Shown here one piece after another: positions 1-10,209 of a DNA stretch of 64,000 nt. A program made the translations under genes and the position numbers. Every line of letters starts with the position of its first letter. The first letter of the stretch is position 1. The stretch covers positions 268,110 through 332,109 of the forward strand of contig CAYVKP010000001.1 of NCBI GenBank assembly GCA_964452165.1, given 5' to 3'. Below the pieces are notes generated by a model, which saw only the letters and a program-made list of their open reading frames with translations, had not been told where the DNA came from and did not search any database. This stretch comes from an uncultured Gammaproteobacteria bacterium (GTDB lineage: Bacteria > Patescibacteriota > Microgenomatia > Levybacterales > GWA1-39-11).

Positions 1-1
1 C

Positions 2-166
2 GGCTTGCCTCCCGCGCCAATTTCAAATCCTGGAATTGAAGCCATTCGCGCGGCACTCAATCCCGCCGACACCATGTACTTCTTTTATATATCTGACAAA
101 CAGGGTCATATACATGCAGCAAAAGATGAAGCGGGTCATACTGCCAATATCAAAAAATACCTCTAA
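2..166 (+). CDS. mltG: Endolytic transglycosylase MltG, C-terminal fragment (gene starts before the window)
   Basis: Manual translation of frame 2: GLPPAPISNPGIEAIRAALNPADTMYFFYISDKQGHIHAAKDEAGHTANIKKYL*. This matches the YceG/MltG C-terminal GLPPxPIxNPG..AALNP signature. Not in the ORF track. Confidence 0.88.
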   Translation, partial: GLPPAPISNPGIEAIRAALNPADTMYFFYISDKQGHIHAAKDEAGHTANIKKYL

Positions 167-171
167 TTTAT

Positions 172-200
172 TTGACATTCAAAAGTCTTTTCAGTTTAAT
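172..200 (+). promoter_or_regulatory. sigma70-type promoter for the orphan ORF at 207
   Basis: TTGACA (172-177), 17 nt, TTTAAT (195-200), then 6 nt to the ATG. Confidence 0.55.
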
Positions 201-206
201 TAGCTT

Positions 207-1013
207 ATGCCAATTGATGGTGGAGATCTTCCAAAACCCTCACAAGATAGCATACGGCCTCCAACAATCCATGATCAAAGACAAGCTGCGAAAAGACTAG
301 AGCTCGAAAGAAAACATGGACCTAGACCGCATGAAGCGGTAAAACTGAACTCCAATCCTGACACTTTAACTCCAGATGAACAGCGCGGTGTTCGTAATAA
401 AAAGCTTGCGAACGACATTATTGGGTTATGTTTGGATGCTGAATACGCTAAAACTTTCCAAGAAGGAAAACTCGATGGATATATGCCCGTAACTTTTACT
501 ACTCCAAAGCCTGAAAGTGATATATTTACTATAAATTTCACAAAGGAGAAAGAGAACAGTGGTAGAGAGATTAATCCGGCAACCAGTGAACCGGTTATCG
601 ATATCACGCCTCCAATGTGGAATTATCCGGACAGAAGATACTCTACGTCTTATGGTGATCTACCCTGGGATTTTGTGGATTCAACCGGTGACGAGTTTAA
701 TATGTTTATGTATTACCGTATTTCACCCAGAGGCCGAGCATATACTGTGCCTTATATATTTAGGTCGAGAATGGCAAACGAAATACATGGTCCCTCAGAT
801 GATGTGCCTCGTTTTAATGATGTTACCATTGATGTAGGCGGTGAAAGACTGGATGATGGTAGAGCCGTTGGAGGAAGAAATTTTGAAGAGCAAGATTATC
901 AAGAGGTTGAGGAATTGATAGCTTTAGCAAAGAGTGGGAAATATACTAAAACAGTAGAAGGCCCCTATAATTCTTGGACAGACGTAGTGGATTCCTATAA
1001 CAACAGAGAGTGA
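207..1013 (+). CDS. Hypothetical protein (268 aa)
   Basis: Long ORF with its own promoter; no motif recognised. Confidence 0.75.
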   Translation: MPIDGGDLPKPSQDSIRPPTIHDQRQAAKRLELERKHGPRPHEAVKLNSNPDTLTPDEQRGVRNKKLANDIIGLCLDAEYAKTFQEGKLDGYMPVTFTTPKPESDIFTINFTKEKENSGREINPATSEPVIDITPPMWNYPDRRYSTSYGDLPWDFVDSTGDEFNMFMYYRISPRGRAYTVPYIFRSRMANEIHGPSDDVPRFNDVTIDVGGERLDDGRAVGGRNFEEQDYQEVEELIALAKSGKYTKTVEGPYNSWTDVVDSYNNRE

Positions 1014-1026
1014 ACTATTTCAGTGC

Positions 1027-1108
1027 TTGACAAACCCCTGAACTTATTATATAAATGAGCCTAACCTAAAAAGAGAGGGGGAAGTTTGCTTCCTTCCTTA
1101 TTTTTTTG
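1027..1108 (+). promoter_or_regulatory. rpoB promoter and leader with terminator-like hairpin
   Basis: TTGACA (1027-1032), 17 nt, TATAAA; then GGGGGAAG-TTTG-CTTCCTTC hairpin followed by a T7 tract. Confidence 0.55.
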
Positions 1109-1140
1109 TTTCAAGGTCAATCTTCTAGAATTTATTTCTA

Positions 1141-4100
1141 ATGGCAAAACAAGTAGGCAGTACAAGACAATATTGGGGTAAGGTCGAAAAAGCTCTACCC
1201 GAGCTTAATCTCCTCTCGATTCAAAAAGAATCATACAAGTGGTTTATAGAAGAAGGAATAAAAGAAGTAATTGACGAAATTTCTCCAATCGAGGACTTCA
1301 CCGGAAAAAACTGGGAACTCTCCTTGGGTGAATACAAACTCGGCGATCCAAAAATAACCGAAGAAATCGCTCTCGCAAAAGGCCTTACGTATTTTTCTCC
1401 TCTTACGGTTGAAGCAGTTTTGGTCAACAAGAAAACCGGAAAAAGTGTAAAACAAAACGTTTTCTTAGGCGAAGTACCAAAAATGACTGACCGCGGTACA
1501 TTCATTGTTAACGGTATTGAGAGAGTGATTGTTTCTCAAATTGTCCGATCTCCCGGTGTTTTCTTCACCGCCACTGAAGACCCGATTACAGGAAAAACTC
1601 TTTACACAGCTGAAATGAGGCCTGTTCACGGATCATGGCTAGAATTTTCAACGACCAGAACAGACATGGTCGTTGTTCGTATAGATAGACGTAAAAAATT
1701 CCTCGCATCAGTTTTCCTAAAAGCACTTGGTATTGATACAAATGAAGAGATTTACGGCAGATTCGATGGAATTGAAGGCGCGCAGGTTTACATGAAGAAT
1801 ACACTTGAAAAAGATGACGCAAAGGGTGGAACCGATGCACTTATTGAAATCTTCAAGAAAATGAATCCCGGAGAGCCGGTTGTTATTGATACAATTCGCC
1901 AAAACTTCAGAGACTCTTTCTTTGACCGAAGACGCTACGATCTTTCACGCGTAGGACGTTACAAAGTTAATAAAAAGCTCGCAGCTTTACCGAATTTTCA
2001 AGCCCAAGAAGCTTTAACCCTTACAATAGATGATGTAATAGGAATAATCTCATACTTAATCGAGCTCTCATCCGGTCGTGGAAAGATTGATGATATAGAC
2101 CACTTGGCAAATAGGCGCATTCGATCTATTGGAGAACTTGTCCAGACGACCGCCTTTCGTGTAGGAGCACTCAGACTCGAGAGAATTATTAAAGAAAAAA
2201 TGTCTTTGGCATCAACAGAAGAGCAATTCTCACCTTCCCACTTTATAAATGCTCATCCAATAATTGCAGCAATTAATGAGTTTTTCAGAACCAGCCAGCT
2301 TTCGGCAATTTTGGATCAAACCAATCCATTGTCTGAGATTGATAATATTCGTCGTCTTACTGTTATGGGTACAGGTGGAATTTCAAGAGAACGCGCTTCC
2401 TTCTCAATTCGTGACATAAACTCCTCACAGTATTCGAGAATTTGTCCTGTTCGTTCGCCTGAAGGACCAAATATTGGTTTGGTTACATATTTGGCTTTGT
2501 ATGCGCGCGTGAACGAATACGGATTTCTGGAAGCTCCATACAAAGTTGTTGAAAGTCAAAAACAAGGTTCAAAGACAAAGCTCAAAGTTACACCCAAGAT
2601 TGTCTACATGGACGCTCAAGAAGAAATGGAACATTACATAACGCACGCCGATATAAGAGTTGGTGCAGACGGTTACATAATTGATGATTTGGTTCCGGCT
2701 CGTTACAACGGAGAATACCTTGAAGTTGAAAAAGAAAAGATCGAATTTATTGACGTTATTCCAAGGCAGGTCGTTGGAACATCCGCTGCTTTAATTCCAT
2801 TTATTGACCATGATGAAGCAAACCGTGCTCTTATGGGAACCCACATGCAGTGTCAAGCCGTTCCACTTGTTAAGAATGAAAGTCCAATTATAGGAACGGG
2901 AATGGAAGATATGGTTTCACGCGCAATGGGACGTGTTCATGTTGCAACTTTTGATGGGACAGTAACTTATGTTGACGCAAATAAAGTTGTATTAAAAGAT
3001 GGAAAGCACGAAGAAACTTTCAAGACGGATAAATTTAAAAGAACCGCGCAAAACACTTTCTTTAACCAAAAGCCAATTGTTACCACAGGACAGAAAGTTA
3101 AAAAAGGCGACATTTTAATTGATGGACCTGCGTCTGCCGAGGGGGAACTTGCTTTGGGAAAAAATCTTACAATTGCATATGCTTCTTTTGACGGACTCGG
3201 ATACGAAGATGCTATTGTCATTTCAGACCGTTTGGTTCGTGATGATTCCTTGACTTCAGTTCACATCGAAAAATATGAAGCAACAGTTGTTGATACAAAA
3301 CTTGGAGCAGAAGAGACAACTCGTGATATTCCAAACGTTGCAGAAGAAGATTTGGCAAATCTTGACGAAGAGGGAATTGTGGTTGTCGGATCTGAAGTGA
3401 AGCCGGGAGATATTTTAGTTGGAAAGATTGCTCCAAAGGGTGAAACAGAATTAACGGCAGAAGAAAGATTGCTCCGCGCAATCTTTGGTGAAAAAGCTCG
3501 TGAAGTTCGTGATACTTCTCTTCGTATGCCTCACGGCGAGCACGGAATTGTTACAAATATTCAGATTCTTGATCGCGCGCGCGGCGACGAACTTGAGCCG
3601 GGAACAATTCGCAAAATTCAAATTGAGGTTGCTCAAATGAGACACGTTGTTGTTGGAGACAAGCTTGCAGGTAGGCACGGAAACAAGGGAGTTATTTCAA
3701 AAATAGTTCCTGATTCCGATATGCCTTACCTTGAAGACGGAACGCCTGTTGATATTATTATTTCTCCAATTTCAGTGCTTGGTCGTATGAATTTGGGACA
3801 GCTGCTTGAAGCGCACTTAGGACTTGCTGCAAAGAAGCTTGGAGTCAAAGTCTCACTTCCGGTTTTTGAAAAGATGAACGAAGACCAATACATAGACCTT
3901 CTTAAAGAAGCAGGAATGCCCGTGAATGGAAAAATGAAGCTTTTTGATGCAAGGACAGGAGAGGCCTATGAGAATGATGTAGTTGTTGGGATTGGATATA
4001 TCATGAAACTTATTCACATGGTTGAGGATAAAGCTCACGCAAGATCAACAGGGCCATACTCACTCGTTACACAACAGCCGCTTGGTGGAAAAGCACAAAT

Positions 4101-4533
4101 GGGAGGACAAAGACTTGGGGAGATGGAAGTTTGGGCTCTTGAAGCACACCGCGCAGCATATTCACTTCAAGAAATGTTAACAATCAAGTCAGATGACGTA
4201 TCAGGTCGTGCAAAAGCTTTTGAGGCAATCATTAAATCAGTAGATATTCCTACACCTAGAGTTCCTGAGTCATTTAAGGTCTTGATTCGAGAACTTCAAT
4301 CTTTGTCTCTTAACATTATTCCTATGCAGGCAGTCGTTGCAGATGATGATAAGGAAGATGTTTCAGATGAAGCAGAAGAAGTGAAAGCCGAGGCAAAAGA
4401 ACTTCAGGAAGCGCTAGTTGGTGTCCAGGTAGCAGACGGGCAGACACCTGATGCAAATCTTGGCGAAACGGAAGTAATAACTGATGTTGTTGCTGCGCCA
4501 CAGGCAGCAGCTCCCGAGGAGCCAAAAGAATAA
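1141..4533 (+). CDS. rpoB: DNA-directed RNA polymerase subunit beta
   Basis: GTFIVNGIERV, PEGPNIGL, GDKLAGRHGNKG, GGQRLGEMEVWALEA motifs. Confidence 0.99.
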   Translation: MAKQVGSTRQYWGKVEKALPELNLLSIQKESYKWFIEEGIKEVIDEISPIEDFTGKNWELSLGEYKLGDPKITEEIALAKGLTYFSPLTVEAVLVNKKTGKSVKQNVFLGEVPKMTDRGTFIVNGIERVIVSQIVRSPGVFFTATEDPITGKTLYTAEMRPVHGSWLEFSTTRTDMVVVRIDRRKKFLASVFLKALGIDTNEEIYGRFDGIEGAQVYMKNTLEKDDAKGGTDALIEIFKKMNPGEPVVIDTIRQNFRDSFFDRRRYDLSRVGRYKVNKKLAALPNFQAQEALTLTIDDVIGIISYLIELSSGRGKIDDIDHLANRRIRSIGELVQTTAFRVGALRLERIIKEKMSLASTEEQFSPSHFINAHPIIAAINEFFRTSQLSAILDQTNPLSEIDNIRRLTVMGTGGISRERASFSIRDINSSQYSRICPVRSPEGPNIGLVTYLALYARVNEYGFLEAPYKVVESQKQGSKTKLKVTPKIVYMDAQEEMEHYITHADIRVGADGYIIDDLVPARYNGEYLEVEKEKIEFIDVIPRQVVGTSAALIPFIDHDEANRALMGTHMQCQAVPLVKNESPIIGTGMEDMVSRAMGRVHVATFDGTVTYVDANKVVLKDGKHEETFKTDKFKRTAQNTFFNQKPIVTTGQKVKKGDILIDGPASAEGELALGKNLTIAYASFDGLGYEDAIVISDRLVRDDSLTSVHIEKYEATVVDTKLGAEETTRDIPNVAEEDLANLDEEGIVVVGSEVKPGDILVGKIAPKGETELTAEERLLRAIFGEKAREVRDTSLRMPHGEHGIVTNIQILDRARGDELEPGTIRKIQIEVAQMRHVVVGDKLAGRHGNKGVISKIVPDSDMPYLEDGTPVDIIISPISVLGRMNLGQLLEAHLGLAAKKLGVKVSLPVFEKMNEDQYIDLLKEAGMPVNGKMKLFDARTGEAYENDVVVGIGYIMKLIHMVEDKAHARSTGPYSLVTQQPLGGKAQMGGQRLGEMEVWALEAHRAAYSLQEMLTIKSDDVSGRAKAFEAIIKSVDIPTPRVPESFKVLIRELQSLSLNIIPMQAVVADDDKEDVSDEAEEVKAEAKELQEALVGVQVADGQTPDANLGETEVITDVVAAPQAAAPEEPKE

Positions 4534-4534
4534 T

Positions 4535-7500
4535 ATGGATAACAATAATAGAAAAAGTAATCGAGAGAAAAAGTTTGATGCAATAAATATTTCAGACTTT
4601 AAAGGTCTTAAGGTTTTGGTTGCAGAACCAGGAGATATCAGAGCTTATTCTTATGGTGAGGTTACCAAGCCTGAAACCATTAACTACCGAACATACAGAC
4701 CCGAAAAAGATGGTTTGTTCGATGAGAGAATCTTTGGACCAACGAGAGATTTTGAATGTTATTGCGGAAAATACAAAAGAATTCGTTATAAGGGAATAGT
4801 TTGTGATAGATGTGGAGTTGAGGTCACATATTCAAGAGTCCGCCGTGAGAGAATGGGTCATATATCTCTTGCTTCACCGGTTGTTCACATCTGGTTTTCA
4901 AAGGGAAGTCCATCAAAAATTTCGGTTCTCTTAGATATTCCACAGAAAGATCTTGAATCCGTAGTTTATTTTGCATCATATCTCGTTACAGAAATTGGCG
5001 AAGATAAAAGAAAAGAAGCACAGAAGAAAATTGCGGACATTAAAGAGGAGAGAATTAAAAAGCTTAAAAAACAGGCAGAAGAAGAGCTTTCAGTGCTTGA
5101 AAAAGACGAGAAGAGCAAGGTAAAAGACGTCAAGGGAAGCCTTCATAAGGAACAAAAAGAGTTGGTTCTTGAAGAAACCGATGTGCAATTCCGCCAGAAA
5201 AAAATCGCACTTGATAAAAGACTTGAAACGGAAGTTGCAAGAACTGAGGAAATTTTTGCAAGAGTAACAGATATTATCCGCGGACTTAAGCTTTGGGACG
5301 TCTTGAGCGAAGAAGAGTACGTTCGTTTAATAGAATATGATGTACCTATTTTCTTTGAAGTAGAGACTGGAGCAGCAGCAATTCTGCACGCAATTGAACA
5401 AATAGATTTACAAAAGTTAATTGGAGATTTGCGTGAGGAAGTTCAAAAGTCTTCAGGCCAAAAGCAACTTAAGTTACTTAAGCGCCAGCACTTGATTGAA
5501 TCAGTCACGAAAGCAGGATTTAAGCCTTCGTCTTTGGTTCTGCAGGTTCTCCCTGTCTTGCCGCCGGATCTTCGTCCTATGGTTCAGCTTAACGGTGGAC
5601 GCTTTGCAACATCGGATTTGAATGATTTGTATCGCCGCGTTATCAATAGAAATAACCGTTTGAAGCATTTAATCTCTCTTGGTGCACCGGAAATTATTCT
5701 TAGGAATGAAAAAAGAATGCTTCAGGAGTCGGTCGATTACTTAATAGATACTTCAATCCGTACGTCTCAAACTCAAAAACAGTTTAAGTCTCTTTCTGAT
5801 ATCTTGCGCGGAAAACAAGGTCGATTTAGAAAGAACCTTCTTGGAAAAAGAGTCGATTATTCAGGTCGTTCAGTTATTATCGTTGGACCTGAGCTTACTC
5901 TAAATCAGTGTGGACTTCCAAAAGAAATGGCTCTCGAACTCTTTAAGCCATTCGTTATCCGCGAAGTCATCTCTCGCGGCTTGACTACTCCCAACGTTAA
6001 GGCTGCAAAAAGATTTATTGAAAGAAGATCACCTGAGATATTTGATATCTTGGAAGAAATAACGAGAAATCACCCGGTTCTTCTCAACCGTGCTCCAACT
6101 TTGCACAAACTTGGAATTCAAGCATTCTATCCAGTTCTTGTTGAAGGTTCAGCAATCAAAATTCACCCTTGTGTTTGTGCAGGTTACAACGCTGACTTTG
6201 ACGGAGACCAAATGGCAATTCACGTTCCGCTTTCAGCACGTGCACAAGACGAGGCAATAAGACTCATGATGCCGGCTCACAACTTGCTCAAGCCCGCGGA
6301 TGGTGCCCCAATTACATTGCCTAACAAAGAAATGGCGCTTGGAGCTTTCTATTTAACTTCGGTAGATGAAAGAATGACAAAAGAAAATCTTCCTACTTTT
6401 TCAGACGAGATTGAAGCACATCTTGCGTTCTCACTTAAGAAAATTCAACTCCGAGAAAAAGTTAAAGTCAGAGTTGATGGAAAAATGATGGAGACCACAA
6501 TTGGAAGAATTATATTCAACGAAAGACTTCCAAAAGAACTTCAATTCATTAATAACGAAGTTAAAGCTTCAACAATCAAAGACATTGTAACCCGTGCAAT
6601 GGTAGTATGTTCTGAAGAAGAAGTTGCAAATCTTATCGATAATCTTAAGGGTGTCGGTTTCTATGCCGCAACACTTTCAGGAATTTCCGTTTCTACATTT
6701 GATTTGAAGAGATTGCCGGATAAGGACAGATTAATAGATGAAGCAGAGGAAAAGATTAAAGAAATCGAACAAGAGTATCAAAACGGTCTTATTACCCACG
6801 GGGAACAAAGAAGACTTTCAAATAACGTATGGCTTGAAGCAACAGAAAAGATGGCAAATCTTACATGGGAGTTGTTTGACAAGAACGATATTGTCCGCAT
6901 AATTGCAGAATCAGGCGGAGCGCGTGCCGGAAAAGATCAGATCAAGCAGCTTGCTGCAATGAGAGGTTTGATTTTTGATCCGTTGGGAAGAATCGTCGAA
7001 CTTCCAATTAAGTCAAACTTCCGTGAAGGTCTTTCAATTTTTGAATACGTTAACTCGGCCCGTGGTTCAAGAAAAGGTTTGACAGATTCAGCACTTAAAA
7101 CAGCCGATGCAGGATACTTAACACGTCGTCTTGTTGATGTTGCCCACGACGTTATAATTCGCGAGGGAGATTGTGGAATTGAAGACGGAATAAGCGTTGA
7201 TGTTGCAGGTCGTCGTGACAATGAAGCCTACATGACAAGCATGCTTTTGGGTCGTGTTACTACAAAAGAGGTGGTAAGCAAGAAAGATAAGAAAACTTTG
7301 GTTAAAAAAGGATCAGAAATTGACTATGAGGCATTGGCCAAGATACTTCGCGACGACACGATTACTGAGATTGTTGTCCGTTCACCTCTCTTCTGTAGAC
7401 TCCGCTACGGACTTTGTGCATCCTGCTACGGTTGGGATTTGTCTGCCTACAGGCGCGCAGATACCGGAACTCCAGTTGGAGTTATTGCCGCCCAATCTAT

Positions 7501-8317
7501 TGGAGAACCGGGAACTCAGCTTACAATGCGTGTAAGGCATTTTGGAGGAGTCGTTATGTCTGACGTTACTCAAGGGTTACCAAGAGTAGAGGAGTTGTTT
7601 GAGGTTCGCCGACCAAAAGTTTTGGCGCCAATAGCAGATATTAGTGGTAAAGTTCAGGTTAGCAAAGTAGAAGACGGATTTATAATTCGTGTTCGCAACG
7701 CAAAGGTCAAACCGGTTGAAGAGAGAGAATATTTTGTACCTATGACCTCAACTGTTCTTGTAGAAGAGGATGAAACAATCGTTGCTGGAACTCAACTTTG
7801 TGAAGGTTATCTTGATCCACGAGACGTCTTGAAAATCTCGGGGCTACGGGCTGCTCAAGAATATCTTATCGCCCAGATTCAAAGCGTTTACGAATCTCAG
7901 GGAATCTCAATTCACTACAAGCATTTTGAGACAATTGTTCGCAAGATGTCTGATAAAGTTATGATTGAAACTCCCGGAGATACATCCTTAATGCCCGGAG
8001 ATTTAGTTTCAAAGTTGCGTTTTGAAGAAGAGAATGCAAACGTAATCTCAGAAGGTGGAGAGCCGTCAAGCGCGAGAGAGATAATCCTTGGAATAACAAA
8101 GGCATCGCTCGTCACAGATTCATGGCTCTCAGCGTCTTCATTCCAGGAGACAACTCAGGTGTTGACAGATGCTGCTCTTGAAGGCCGAATTGATAATCTC
8201 ATTGGACTTAAAGAGAACGTTATTGTTGGAAGACTCATTCCGGTCCGCGAAGAATTTATTGAAGGAGCCGTCGTCGAACAGCCTCAACAAGAGCCTGCTG
8301 CAGTCAAAGCTGCCTAG
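4535..8317 (+). CDS. rpoC: DNA-directed RNA polymerase subunit beta'
   Basis: Catalytic NADFDGDQM, Zn-finger CYCGKYK..CDRCG, AAQSIGEPGTQLT. Start placed at the ATG 1 nt after the rpoB stop. Confidence 0.99.
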   Translation: MDNNNRKSNREKKFDAINISDFKGLKVLVAEPGDIRAYSYGEVTKPETINYRTYRPEKDGLFDERIFGPTRDFECYCGKYKRIRYKGIVCDRCGVEVTYSRVRRERMGHISLASPVVHIWFSKGSPSKISVLLDIPQKDLESVVYFASYLVTEIGEDKRKEAQKKIADIKEERIKKLKKQAEEELSVLEKDEKSKVKDVKGSLHKEQKELVLEETDVQFRQKKIALDKRLETEVARTEEIFARVTDIIRGLKLWDVLSEEEYVRLIEYDVPIFFEVETGAAAILHAIEQIDLQKLIGDLREEVQKSSGQKQLKLLKRQHLIESVTKAGFKPSSLVLQVLPVLPPDLRPMVQLNGGRFATSDLNDLYRRVINRNNRLKHLISLGAPEIILRNEKRMLQESVDYLIDTSIRTSQTQKQFKSLSDILRGKQGRFRKNLLGKRVDYSGRSVIIVGPELTLNQCGLPKEMALELFKPFVIREVISRGLTTPNVKAAKRFIERRSPEIFDILEEITRNHPVLLNRAPTLHKLGIQAFYPVLVEGSAIKIHPCVCAGYNADFDGDQMAIHVPLSARAQDEAIRLMMPAHNLLKPADGAPITLPNKEMALGAFYLTSVDERMTKENLPTFSDEIEAHLAFSLKKIQLREKVKVRVDGKMMETTIGRIIFNERLPKELQFINNEVKASTIKDIVTRAMVVCSEEEVANLIDNLKGVGFYAATLSGISVSTFDLKRLPDKDRLIDEAEEKIKEIEQEYQNGLITHGEQRRLSNNVWLEATEKMANLTWELFDKNDIVRIIAESGGARAGKDQIKQLAAMRGLIFDPLGRIVELPIKSNFREGLSIFEYVNSARGSRKGLTDSALKTADAGYLTRRLVDVAHDVIIREGDCGIEDGISVDVAGRRDNEAYMTSMLLGRVTTKEVVSKKDKKTLVKKGSEIDYEALAKILRDDTITEIVVRSPLFCRLRYGLCASCYGWDLSAYRRADTGTPVGVIAAQSIGEPGTQLTMRVRHFGGVVMSDVTQGLPRVEELFEVRRPKVLAPIADISGKVQVSKVEDGFIIRVRNAKVKPVEEREYFVPMTSTVLVEEDETIVAGTQLCEGYLDPRDVLKISGLRAAQEYLIAQIQSVYESQGISIHYKHFETIVRKMSDKVMIETPGDTSLMPGDLVSKLRFEEENANVISEGGEPSSAREIILGITKASLVTDSWLSASSFQETTQVLTDAALEGRIDNLIGLKENVIVGRLIPVREEFIEGAVVEQPQQEPAAVKAA

Positions 8318-8352
8318 TAATCGAGGTTAATTTATTGTAAAATAGCCAAACT

Positions 8353-8769
8353 ATGCCGACACTTAACCAATTAATTAAAAAGGGTAGAAGTAAAAAAGGA
8401 CACAAAATTAAAGCAACAGGATTGCGTTCTATTTTTAATGCAAAAATTAGAAAATATACAGTTGTTCCTTCACCTCAAAAACGTGGAGTTGTAACCTTGG
8501 TTCGTACAATGACTCCAAAAAAGCCTAATTCGGCTCTTCGAAAAGTTGCACGTGTAAAACTATCAAATCGTGAAGAAGTAACAGCCTACATTCAAGGAAT
8601 TGGACACAATTTAGCCGAACACGGAATTGTTTTGGTCCGTGGCGGCCGCGTCAAAGATTTGCCGGGAGTAAAATATCACTTGGTTCGCGGTAAGTTTGAT
8701 CTTGCTGGCGTTGAAACAAGAAGAAGTTCAAGAAGCCGTTACGGTACAAAAAGGCCCCAGGCAGCATAA
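8353..8769 (+). CDS. rpsL: 30S ribosomal protein uS12
   Basis: [10 protein letters not shown] and [10 protein letters not shown] motifs. Confidence 0.99.
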   Translation: MPTLNQLIKKGRSKKGHKIKATGLRSIFNAKIRKYTVVPSPQKRGVVTLVRTMTPKKPNSALRKVARVKLSNREEVTAYIQGIGHNLAEHGIVLVRGGRVKDLPGVKYHLVRGKFDLAGVETRRSSRSRYGTKRPQAA

Positions 8770-8780
8770 TCTGAAATAAT

Positions 8781-9257
8781 ATGGCAAGAGGTGGAAGCAA
8801 AGTTAAAAGAAGAGAAAAACAAGCAGACCCGGTTTACGGGAGTGTTTTGATTGCGATGCTAACAAATAGACTTATGCGCGACGGCAAAAAAACAATTGCG
8901 CAAAAAGTCGTTTACCAGGCGCTTGATATCCTTAAAAAGGAAGGCGATCCAGTCAAGTTATTTGAAATGGCAATTGAGACAGTTGGCCCAAAAGTTGAAG
9001 TAAAAGCTAAAAGAATTGGTGGCGCGGCATATCAAGTTCCTCAGGAAGTCCGCGGAGCACGCAAAACTGCGCTTGCCATTCGTTGGATTCTTGAAGCAGC
9101 AACAAAAAGACCAACTGCCGACTACAAATCTTTCGCAGCGAAATTGGCGGCAGAGCTTATTGACGCTACTAAAAACGCAGGAGAAGCAATTAGAAAGCGC
9201 GATGTTGCGCACCGTATGGCCGAAGCAAACAAAGCCTTCTCACACTTCCGCTGGTAA
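8781..9257 (+). CDS. rpsG: 30S ribosomal protein uS7
   Basis: RIGGAAYQVP, HRMAEANKAFSHFRW. Confidence 0.99.
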   Translation: MARGGSKVKRREKQADPVYGSVLIAMLTNRLMRDGKKTIAQKVVYQALDILKKEGDPVKLFEMAIETVGPKVEVKAKRIGGAAYQVPQEVRGARKTALAIRWILEAATKRPTADYKSFAAKLAAELIDATKNAGEAIRKRDVAHRMAEANKAFSHFRW

Positions 9258-9314
9258 GCCCGACTTTAATCCTATAATATTGATTTTAGGTTCAAAATTT
9301 GATATAATCCCCAA

Positions 9315-10205
9315 ATGGCCGAAACTATTGGTTATTCTCCAGAAATTCGATTTTGGAAAGGGACAGATGCTGTATTAACTTCCCCCACAAGGATTCCCGC
9401 ACATGGTTATGAAGTGGTCAACGTTTTACTTCCACAAGGAAGCTTGCCTCACTTTTTGGTCGATCGCCCCGAACTTGCTCACGAAATGCACGCAGCAACA
9501 AGGAGTATTTTGGCTCAATGCGGGCTCGAGGTAGACGATAAAGGAAGTCAATTGTATGATACCATTCGAAATAATCCACGAATAGTAGACGATGAAGATG
9601 GAGTTAGATTAGCCGTTCAAGTAAATAACTACGCGGGCAGAGACATAAAGCTGCCAGAAGGCATTAAGTTATTTAGATCTTACTATCAAGATAGTAGAAC
9701 CGCTCTTAGAAATGGAGAGCTTCTTAAATTAGCCCGCGAAGGACAGATACAAGTTTCTGGAACGGAAGGAGAAGATTGGTTTTGGAGACATAACGCAGAC
9801 GATAAAATTGACGGAATGATTGTAAAGGTTTCCCCGGCAAGAAAGTGGATCGAGCCGGATTTATCAGCGCCCGCAATAGAAATTCCAAAGGAGGCAACGA
9901 GTAAAAATTATAGAGGCGAAATTGACAAGTTACTTGTTCCTGTTCCCGAGACACCCGAGATGAAGCTATGGATAGGTGAAACACAGCCTATCATAAAATT
10001 AGGCGACTCTGTATGTGCAATGATTCACTCAATGGTTTCTCCGGTTCTTCTGGGAGAGGGAGCTTTTGAAGCACAAGGAACCCATACAAGCTCGCGAGTT
10101 GTAGATGAAAATAGTCATTGGAGAATAAGACTTGAAGTTTTAAGTTCTACGCAGCGTGCGCAGGTTCCAAAACATGCCTTCATTTATTTTGTTAAAGCGG
10201 TTTAA
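9315..10205 (+). CDS. Divergent tandem dUTPase/dCTP-deaminase-fold protein (putative DCD-like)
   Basis: TRSILAQCGLEV resembles RSSLARLGL; LAVQVNNYAGRDIKLPEGIKL resembles ITLEIxN..PIxLxPGxRI; the second half has WIGETQPIIKL..H..VD..IRLEV. ORF is solid; the function call is by eye. Confidence 0.5.
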   Translation: MAETIGYSPEIRFWKGTDAVLTSPTRIPAHGYEVVNVLLPQGSLPHFLVDRPELAHEMHAATRSILAQCGLEVDDKGSQLYDTIRNNPRIVDDEDGVRLAVQVNNYAGRDIKLPEGIKLFRSYYQDSRTALRNGELLKLAREGQIQVSGTEGEDWFWRHNADDKIDGMIVKVSPARKWIEPDLSAPAIEIPKEATSKNYRGEIDKLLVPVPETPEMKLWIGETQPIIKLGDSVCAMIHSMVSPVLLGEGAFEAQGTHTSSRVVDENSHWRIRLEVLSSTQRAQVPKHAFIYFVKAV

Positions 10206-10209
10206 GAAA

